This document shows, one piece after another, positions 33,695-43,666 of a stretch of DNA of 64,000 nucleotides. Source of the DNA: Macrostomum lignano (Eukaryota); contig NIVC01000954.1 of the NCBI GenBank assembly GCA_002269645.1, forward strand, positions 1 to 64,000, read 5' to 3'. The notes beneath the pieces are model-generated. The model was not told the origin of the DNA. It did no database searches and saw only the letters and a list, made by a program, of their open reading frames with translations. Each line of letters opens with the position of its first letter. The stretch's first letter is position 1. A program made the translations under genes and the position numbers.

Positions 33695-33750
33695 GATGAT
33701 CGATGACAGGTGTAACCTTCGGTCTTTTATAAATTGCTATGAAGAACTTC

Positions 33751-33768
33751 GTCCTGGCGTGGTCGCCA
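33751..33768 (-). other. Primer-binding site TGGCGACCACGCCAGGAC (probably tRNA-Arg)
   Basis: 18 nt starting TGG, 2 nt after the 5' LTR end. The complement ends CGTGGTCG-CCA, like Arg tRNAs with a GACCACG acceptor strand; the isoacceptor is inference. Confidence 0.8.
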
Positions 33769-33770
33769 AA

Positions 33771-34084
33771 TGTAGCAAGAACGGAGGCAGGACACTAAAT
33801 TTGACTTTGAGTCTTTACCGCCCAATCACAAGTTTGCACAGCTGCCTGCTTACTAGGCACACTCTAAAGCATAGCCAGTAACAGTTCGAGCTATGATTCA
33901 GCATTTATTGGACTCACCATCGAGCTAAGGCGATGAAATTCAGCTGATATAAAGTTACGAATATAAAGTATTGAACGAAACGAACATATAAGAGCATTAT
34001 TACATTGCGATGCGATTACTTTGCTTTACTTAACACACGCCTCGAGTTGGCACCAATTTAAATTACGAAATTAAGGTGTACTAC
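33771..34084 (-). repeat. 5' LTR, lacking about 390 bp
   Basis: About 296 bp match 27175-27470 with 7 substitutions by eye, then homology stops. GTGTACTAC at 34076-84 matches the LTR terminus. Confidence 0.8.
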
Positions 34085-34880
34085 TTTTATAAATCCGCCC
34101 CACCTCATTAGCAATCAATTATTCCAAAACTTTCTCCATCCCCACCTCAATACCCCCACTACCACAAAACGCATAACGGACGATTATAAGTAACAAACTT
34201 ACAAGCTACACACGAGCTACTGATTCTAGCCATCCCACTCTTGTTGTGAGGTAGCTTCATTTATTTCAGCACTACAAGGTAAGAATCAACCAACTTTCAC
34301 TTGTGTTTTTTGCTACCACTTTTGACATGTTAAAAGTGTATTTTTACTTTAATTTTATTTTTAAATGTAATGTAGACTGTAGTTATAGCTTGAACAATAA
34401 AAGTAAAGTAGGTTCTTCATTTACAAGTTTCGTTTATTATAGGCATAGGCCTAGTGCATAGGCCTAATAAAAACAGTTCTGGCTTTTTTATAGTATCATT
34501 ATGTCTTAACTTTATATAAAAATCTTGTTTTCAGTGCTAATGTCTAACTTGGTTTGTATTTCTATCTATGTTTCTTTTAATGATAATGATAGTAGATAGA
34601 TCAAAACTTGATTTCAATTTTATTATTCCAAATTTCAATTCAATAGTCAATACATTTTAGCTTTGAAATTTGATTTCAATTTTGATAGGCCTATTCCAAA
34701 TTGCAAATGTTGGCAAAAGTGCAGTTTCATTCACAAAATTATTTTTCGTTTAAATTTAAAATTTCAAAACCAGAAAACAATAACATCAATAAAAATTGAT
34801 GTTTTAAACCATTCTAACAATTTTGGCAGAGTTTTTAGCTCCCTGGTTGCCAAACTTTCCAACTTGTCATTGTGTTCTAG

Positions 34881-37800
34881 CCATAGTGTAGATCATGTAG
34901 TGCATGCGAGAATTTTCCCGCGTGCATTTTTAAAAGTGGCGTGCACCGGCGTGCGATTAGGTAAGTGGCGTGCATTTGGCATGCATAATGCACACTACAT
35001 AAATACACTGGCATGCCTGGCATGCGCCGCGTGCCACGTGCCTGGCACCTGATGTGGCAAAGCTGCCAATGCAATGGTAAGCAGACATAAAATATGTATT
35101 ATTGTATTTAACTTTTGAAAAAAACTATTGTAAATAAACAGTGTATAAGACTGTTAAATAAACTAATATATGAGAAATACACGTTTTTAAAGATATATCA
35201 TTTCTTTTGTACATTTCTCCCAAACAGTTACCCAAATAGTCTCCCAACAGTTATGCGAACTGAAACAGATACATCAGCAGTGTAATAAATCCACTTTTCA
35301 GTTGTTTATTCATTTATTGGGTCGTTCTCAAAATCAGGAATCACGCGATAAAACAAGAAAGAAAATTTTCGACCCTGAACCAGCCTTTCATGCAAAACAA
35401 GCAACAGGGTAAACGTAGCTGTCGAAAAAAAGTACTTTATTTAACATTCGAAACAGTGAAATTGGTACGGTTGTCAAAGCAACTGACTACTGAGTCATTT
35501 TACCAATTTAATACTTCCATTTCTTCAATGTAACGCTAAGACAGTGTCATGTTTTGTCAAAAAATTCAATGGGAAAGAAACATCAGAAATAAACAATTTT
35601 GCACAGGAAGGAAGAAAAAAACATTAGAATTTGCTTCTTATTAAAGAATGACTGCTTAGTGATTTGTTCCTTGACTTAAACACAATCTTTCATCACTTAA
35701 ACGCATCACTGTTCTAGTTACTAGCAGTTGAATTGTACAAATATATTGCTAGTTTTATAGGTGAAAGCAATGCATATGGCGTCTTTTGGCGTTTTTTTGT
35801 GCCTTTTAATGTGATCTTTGTATTTGTAATGTTTTTATATGGATTAGTGCACCACAGTTGTTGCAATATTTTTTTATACAATTAATTGCTACTAAGACAG
35901 GCACAAGCCAATAAACGTTGGGACCACAGTTTTGCAACACTGGAATAAGATAATGACCAAAAAAAGGAGTAGAGTGGAGAACTGGGTGTCTTACAGGAGC
36001 ATTTTTGTGATATTTTTAAATACATTGCCTCTGAGCTCCACAATTAAACAAAGCATCTGAAAAACATGCACTTTTGCATGTGTCAAAACATTGGGACTGC
36101 CATCATGGGTCACTGAAAGAACTGATTGGGCTGAATTTTTTGGAGAATGTTTTACTAGGTGTTGTGTAGGAGCATTAATTTTTTAAAAGAAAATATTGCA
36201 TATAAGCCACACAAAATATGTTAACAATTTAGAAACCAGGCAATACATACAAACTGTAATTTATGAGTAAGGGATTCAGTAGCATTTTAAACTTGAAATT
36301 AAAATTGATGTTTTAAATAATATATTAGATCTCAATGACTGAAAGAAAATGAATCAAGTGGCTTTACTTGTAGAAATTGGTCCATCAAAAAAAGTTTTGG
36401 CCATTTGGAAAATTTTACTTTGAAATGTACAGTTTCTTGCAAAAAATCCTTTACACTATACTTTATAATGTAATACTTTAGCATAAACCAGTCAGTATAC
36501 ATGTACTTTTTAAATTTATTTTTGTTTAATAATATTGTATCTATTCATAGCAGACTAGAGTATATAGCTATTTGCAAGACTACATTTCTTGCAAGAATAA
36601 AAAATATAAGACAAGAAAATGTCTTATTTATAATAAATACACATTTAGAGTCAAACATAGATAATTTTACAGAATATCAGGCTGCATTCATATGTACCAT
36701 ATATTAAGATGTTCAAACTCCAATATTCCATGCATATTTACAATGCAACAAAGCTGTTTGCAATCATATTTCATTTCTGTACTTGATTTGTTTTGTCTCT
36801 TCTTTCCAGTTTTTGCATCTTCTTGCACTTTTTGAGACTATACACAATGCACATGAATTTTCTCAGCTCTTTATATGCCATGTGTGCTATATTTAAACTG
36901 CCTTTGTAATTTCATACTTACTATAAAGCTTCTCTATTATACACTCGTGCTTTAATTTTTGCTGTAGATGTATAAATATTCTTTTTCCGTCTGAAGCAGA
37001 CTTCTGAGTTAAAATATGAGTACATATAGATTGTCCTATAGATGTTTGAATCATCCGAAAGGATAATGTGATACATAAACTTTGCAATCATTCTTGTAAC
37101 CACAGATATGAATTAGCGACTAGCGGGATACTAAATTTCGCGCATAAATGTACATATCAGTCGTTCACGCTAAAAAATGTAGCTAACAATTTTTAGATAA
37201 TGTTTTGAATTACTATATTAGCGTTTTCCAACGCAATGCACATTGTAATTAATTTGTAAATAGCAAGAAAATGTCATGAACAAAGCAATATAATACTTGA
37301 GTTAGTACCCTGTTGCACGCAATGCACAAATTGTTCAAAGTTAAACGAATGCGTATCATAGGTATACAGTCATATTATAACAAAATATGTTTATTTAAGG
37401 GTTCGGCGCTGCGTAAACAAAAAATTAATTAAATGAAATGATCTATTTTAAAATAATAAATTACTCTATAGAATTTGACAATGATATGCTGGTGTATTTC
37501 TAGTTTTCGTGCAATAAAATAATTCCGATAATAATATTTAAACAAAGCGGCATTCCATGCTGTCCTGACATTTTGTTGTTGTTTACGACACAAAATACAT
37601 TTGTTGCATCTATAATGCGTTCTTAGGTAAAGATTGTGTCACAATCTTTAAAGAAAAAAATAGAAGCATAAGCAATGCCTGATTTTGAGAATGACCCTAT
37701 TGTCTTTTTTAATTTCCTATTTAATTCATCATTAATCGTTAGACGTTAAGTTTGTTCAAAGTGTGTTTATGCTCGTTTTTCATGCTTTGAAATATCATGC

Positions 37801-38582
37801 GCTTTCAAAAATACTATATCTTTTTACAAAAACCACCTATTATTGAGAACAATCCTTAATTATACTATATTTTTGTTATATTGACAAAATAATATTCAAC
37901 TACCTTTTTCTCTTTCTGAATTGCATTTTAGAAGAATCGTTTTGCATTGAGGTCATATATATACAGCATCGATTTTCTATTTTTCCTTGCTTAGAATCTT
38001 GCTGCTCTGTCGTTAGTTGTTAATCGGCTGAAAAAACCGTAAAAAATTTTTGACGCTCTTTCAAATACCTTACTTAATACAAATATTGTGCAGTACTCGT
38101 TTTCAGTGATCGTGTAAATTTTAACTTTTTGAATAAATACTAAATAAATTGGATTATACTGGCATAACAGGCTCCTTAAGCCTAAGCCAAATTTACTACT
38201 ACTTTACTTTACTTTACATCGTTTGTTGCTTTGTTTTACACAATGCAATTCAAAATACGTTTTTTGTCTTCAATTTGAATTTGAATTTATTGTTTATTGT
38301 ATTGAATCTATTGATTAATCATCAATCATATTCATAATTGATTAAATTGATTAACTGATTTCTATTATTACAGTTTTAGTAGGTGGTTATGGTTATTTGA
38401 TATGGTTAGTTATGGTTAGGGTGTTTTAAGTTTTGTTATTTGTTGTTACCTGTGGTTAGTAGTCCTTATCCTAGTAGGCGTGCATCGGCATGCATCGGCG
38501 TGCATTCGCTAGTCATCGGCATGCTTTTGGGAATTAGCTTTGGGTCATTTCTCGCGTGCACTTAGCATGATCCACACTATGG
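34881..38582. mobile_element. Unclassified non-autonomous DNA transposon with CCATAG termini and 8-bp TSD
   Basis: TIR CCATAGTGT(A/G)GATCATG; TSD TGTTCTAG at 34873-80 and 38583-90; subterminal GC(G/A)TGCA repeats at both ends. Confidence 0.88.
35319..37697. mobile_element. Degenerate DNA transposon with Sola2-like ends (GGG termini, 4-bp TSD)
   Basis: 20-bp TIR GGGTC(G/A)TTCTCAAAATCAGG; TSD TATT at 35315-18 and 37698-701. No intact ORF, so the superfamily call rests on the ends only. Confidence 0.72.
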
Positions 38583-39454
38583 TGTTCTAGTAGCAGATAT
38601 AGAGCTTGTCACTGGGCACTGTAGTAGTGGCAAATCCAGAAAAGCATGTTTCTGAAAGCTCTGTTTGCTCCAAACAGTCTGCGCCACATAAACTCCTGGA
38701 TTTGGCTCTCGAAGAGGGCATTGCTTGTTCTATGCATGGCCCTGAATTTGGCCTTGCAATGTGCCCACGTTCCCTCAATTGTGTTGGTGTGGAGAGTCGC
38801 ATCATTTGGGTCCACGAAATAGAGTTAATGGTTCATCATTCATGACACCCCAGCGGAAAAACCAACGTTGATTCAACGTTGTTGCCCTCCGTTGGCCCTC
38901 CGTTGGGCGTGTCTGGAGGAAAATCCGTTGATACAACGGCGGTTTACCAACGGCAGTCCAACTGCGAATCAACGCTATTCCAACGGTCAAAATATTGTTA
39001 GAGGTGCTGATCCACGTGAAATAAAGTATGAAAAAAGCCAATTTTCGCAATCAAATGTGTCATGTCACTCATGTGTCCAAAAACGTTACATTTTAAAGTT
39101 GAGACATTTGGCAAAGATCTATATATTTGTCAAATGAAATTACAGCAAAGCAAAAAAATTTCTCGCATGCATACGCGTTTAAAGTCTCAGGGTTAGGTAT
39201 AAGTGTAATCATTGGCAATTATTGCAAACTAAATTACTTGTTTATAGGATGATATGATGGCTTCAACAACGTTTTTTATAAATCATTTCTTTATTTTTGA
39301 ATAATAACTAACTGACTGTGTCCAATGATTGTACTGCACATAAGCTAAGTAGCTAAATTGACACAACATACGATCAATATCCCATTCTAGCCTGCTGATT
39401 ATCTCAAATTGTACTGCTCACAGGTTATGACTCCAAACCAGTCACTCATCACTG

Positions 39455-39839
39455 TCAGCGTCGTAAATTGATAGGGACCTTCTGAACGGAACGTCGAACC
39501 TTGGCAGGCGGAGGGTCTTGCGATGTGCCAACTCTGGCTGCCGACGCCTGGCTGCCTGACTCCGTCGGACCTTGACGTCCACGACTTCGCCCGTCCTTGC
39601 CCAGCTTCAGCGCAGCAATGACTGCAAGCTCTACATCGCGGTCTTTTGGACGCTCAGCAGCATCGCGGTACATTGCCTTCATCGTCCCTAAAAGTATGTC
39701 ACAAAAATACAATTATTAAACATAACTGATCTAAAACTAATAGGCCGTCTGATTTTAAAACCTATCAATACGTAAATCAAATGAATTAAGAATCAGTATA
39801 CTCAGTAATTAATTTCGATCATTGAATTTAATGTGATAT

Positions 39840-39875
<36 letters not shown>

Positions 39876-41446
39876 GCGCATTGAACTTACGTAGAATACT
39901 GGGCAAGAACACCGATCGAAAGGCAAGTTCGGTGTCCCCAAGCTCAGAGCCAGAGAGAGCACCAAGACCCTTTCCGTTATAATTGACAGCGGCCAGCATC
40001 TCTGGTGACAGAATTCGCCTCACCATTCGGCGAATGGTGCTGCCAAGGTCGTCAGCCTTGCAGGGCAGCAGCAGCCGTGTCATCTGCAAGGGTGCCAATA
40101 ATTTTATCATACATGTAGATGGACAGTCACGAAGAAATATGGAATATTAATATGAAATAAAATGTGGAATATGTCAGAGACAATTATATTTTCCAACTAT
40201 CGTGAAAGCATGCTGTCGGAGGCTTTTTGAAATAATAGACTTTGCAAAAACAAACACTAAACTATTGGATGTACATACCCATTCGAGAGCCGGTGGATTT
40301 TTGATGAAGTCAATGTAGTCAGGCCAGGTCGCAATCGGCTTCCATTCTGCATCTGCATCAACTGGACCAAATGTAGTAGCAGCAGCAGCAGCGGCACGCG
40401 ACATGCACTGCTTCAATTCTGAGATTGTTGTCATGCAAGCTGATGTCCGACGAAGGGTATGGAGCCCCAGGTAGCACAGTCCGAGAGGCGATGTCAGAGA
40501 GACTCCAAGCTTAGCCTCCATTCTAGCCTTCAGCAAGTCAAGCCCCCCGGTACCGAAGTTCAATGACGCGACGTCAGCTGCAGCTGCATTGAAACGCAAG
40601 GCTCCTGGCTGATCCGAAGGGCTGAGCAACTCAGCCGCACTCTGCTGTGACCTGCACCTGTCGTTCTGTCCATGGTGGGGCAGTGATTTGGGCGTTTCCG
40701 GTGGAGCTGTTTCAACCGCTAGCTGAGCCGATGGGTTTCTTGTCTCCGGCAAAGGCAACAGCGGCAGCGAGCTTGGGCTTTGTTGAACTGCCCTGGCGGA
40801 ATCCTCAGCTTGGGGTAGTCTAACCGACCGTGAGAAGCTTGAGGGCGATCGTTGGCAGTCAGACTCGGACTCGGTCTGCAGATTCTGAGAATGATTGCGC
40901 GCTACTTATAGTAACGTAGTTCGTGAGATCGATTGAATAATAATGACTAATGGTTACAAATAGTTAACATCTTTCGAAGTTTTAATACACACTTATAGCA
41001 ACAAAAACGGTTTGTAGCTAACCTCCAAAGGAAGGAATCTTTGCCTCCTGCCATCGGGTACTCGTTTGACCAGTCCCAAAAGAGTTTGGATTTTGCAGTG
41101 CTTCTCGCGCCTGAACGCCCGAAGCCAATTTACCGTCCCAGTGGCGTCATAATCGTCGTCAGGGAGAACCTAGCGCAAATGCAAAATTACTTAGTGAAAA
41201 TCAAAAATACCAAACGACCCCCATATACAAGTATGATTATGGGAACATTCAGGGAATAAAGCGTGCAGTTACCTGAAGAATTGTGCAGTCCCATACTTGC
41301 TCATTGTAGTATGCCCTTGCAATAGGCTCGCCAACAAAGTTTCGCCAGTTGTCCAGAGTGAATTTTTGGAAGTTTTCTAAGAGGACTTCAGTCTCGCTCA
41401 ATTCGACTATTTCTTTGTCAACGTGAAAGATCACGATAAACTTCAT
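39455..41446 (-). CDS. CACTA accessory gene, join(41446..41273,41169..41023,40884..40279,40083..39891,39687..39455), 450 aa; C-terminal domain DUF4806-like
   Basis: Four GT..AG introns with consistent phases (0,0,0,1) and no internal stop. The C-terminus GSTIRRMVRRILSPEMLAAVNYNGKG...DVELAVIAALKLGKDGR resembles DUF4806-type transposon proteins; this is recall and needs an HMM search. Confidence 0.78.
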
Positions 41447-41751
41447 GGCTGAAATGAGAAATAGAAATACTTTAATAATGGGAATATGTTGGAAATATAT
41501 ACATGACATGTTTGTGACATCAAATAAAGAAATTCATATTGTCTGAAACCAAAATAAAAAAATTGTTATTCATATTATATGTATATTTGTGTTTATATTT
41601 ATAAACAAGCTGAACACACAAGGAGACATTTAATGCTACAAATAATGAAAAATGTACACTTGCACACCCTAGGATGACAGTTGCATGAAAAAAGAAATTG
41701 CTATATTGACCAAGACTGACTTAGTACCAGAAGACAATAGTATAATCATAA

Positions 41752-43666
41752 TCAAATAGCGCAACAATAGGGAATTACTATATATTCACCTCCAGATGAT
41801 GGCAACAAGAAGCACTTTCTGCTTGCATTACCAGTAACAACATTACGTGTCACATGGTAAAATCCAATATTCAGAATTTCTGATGAATATGGACTTGTAT
41901 ACAAAGGATGCGAAAACTTTAACACATGACCAGTTAGGACATTTCCTACTACTGTACTAATGAGTATTGGAACTCCATTTACAACTGCACAATTATTTGG
42001 AGACTTCTTAGAAAAAAACACAATACTAGCTGGATCACTTGTAAGAGTAGCACGGACATTAAAAAACTGGTGCAAAATATGCTTAGAAGCAAAGCGGGTA
42101 ACTGAAATTCGTCTTTTAACATGCCCCAAATAGTTTTCGAAGTCAAATGCAGAAAAATTGTCAAGTTTTCCATATAGACAAACAAATTCATAAAGATGGA
42201 GCAAAGTGTGAGGGTTATAAGAAATTGATGCTTCACCATACAATGACTCCATTTCCTTAACAAAAATCTCAATACAACGATGAGCATTTGGTAAGAGAGT
42301 CTGGTGGACATCAGAGCAAAAAACATAGATAGAAAAGTGCAAGTGAAGAAAGTGGTTATAGTATTTTTGTGGTAAAAACTTTCTGAAGAAAAAAGGCCCC
42401 AAATATAGCAAAAAGAGTCGAAACTCAGTTGCTTTAAAGTGAGCTAAATTTGTATCAATACGGCGAGGCCTCCGCTGAAACTCAGCAGGAGTGAACTTGG
42501 CATAGCTATCAATAAAATCAGACAGCTCTTTTAACTTTAGTGCTGAAATCTTACAAGATGAACCAAACTTAGATGAAAAAAGAAAATTAAAAACTTTTCT
42601 ACAAACACCTAAACATACAGCATGTTGATAGTCAGGTGGAAAATGAGAATAAAAACCAATATTTTTAATACTCAGCAAAGGTGTTGAATGCCCTACCTTC
42701 TGGTTATTTTCTTTAGAATCAGCATAGCACTGATCAGTTCGCAAAGTACCAATAGAAGATGAAAAAACAATACGATTAGCAAAATGTCTACCTTCAGCTT
42801 GACAATAACTACATCCCATGCGAGAGTTATGGTTCATAATAGAGCAGATATGAGCATGAGCAGGGGCATCACAAACAAAAAGAGCACGGACTAACTTAAA
42901 ATGGTGGCCAAGAACTTGAATACCATTACTAAAAAATGTTTAGCTCTTCACAGAAGCGTGATAACAAAATATTCAATGATGGTTTACTTTTACCAACAAA
43001 AATAGCAATGGGCAATGGACGCAAATAGCCTGATACTTTCATTAAAATTGGCCAAGCTGACATGGAAGAACTATTATACAAGGGCATTCCATCTATATTG
43101 AAAATGGAATTTACTTTTAGGTGCCCAGTTTCAGAATCAGTAATGCATTTTGAAAAGTCAAAATAATTATTGCTAACACAAAATTCCAAATTTTTGGCCA
43201 TTGATACATAGAAAAAGTCTCCTTCAGTAGCAATAATAGAATAATAAGAAGAATTAGCAGAATGCTTTTTCAAGCCATATACAGACTTTGGAACTGAAAT
43301 ACCCTTGCGATTTAAAAAGGCGAGGATCCAAGCCATAGCAGAGCGTGACACATTAAAAAGTATATAAAATAGAAGCAGTTCTTGCTCAATTGTTAGCTCT
43401 GGCGTAGCATCTTCAACTTCAGGTATATCTTGATCCTCTTCTACAAGGTCTTCATCTGATTCACTATTATCCATTGGATTGCCCTGACTGTTGCCAAGAA
43501 AGTCAGTGTCGTATTCTTCAGCTTGAATGAATTCTTCATCTTGTTGATGATTATTGCCTTGGGCTTGATCTTGGTTAATGGGTTCAGATGCTTTTTGAAG
43601 CTGCTCTACTTCAATTTCCTCTAAACAACCCTGAAGCACTTTTCTAGCAAAGTTACGTTTGGACAT
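41752..43666 (-). CDS. EnSpm/CACTA-type DDE transposase (about 637 aa after correcting one homopolymer frameshift near 42931-42936)
   Basis: FNIDGMPL, VCDAPA, HN...GCSYC, RTD, DYQHAVCLG, RRPR...FKATEFRLFLLY, SYNPHTLLHL, SAFDFENYL. Removing one T from the T6 run joins ORFs 42929..43666 and 41752..42837. Confidence 0.88.

Larger units (their letters stand above)
27175..34084 (-). mobile_element. Ty3/Gypsy LTR retrotransposon (inactivated)
   Basis: gag-PR-RT-RH-IN order; LTR, PBS and PPT all found. Confidence 0.95.

Noticed and set aside
34071-34095. TTAA-GG as the start of a Kolobok-like insertion truncating the LTR
   Set aside because: No matching inverted end found in the window; GTGTACTAC is better explained as the LTR tip.
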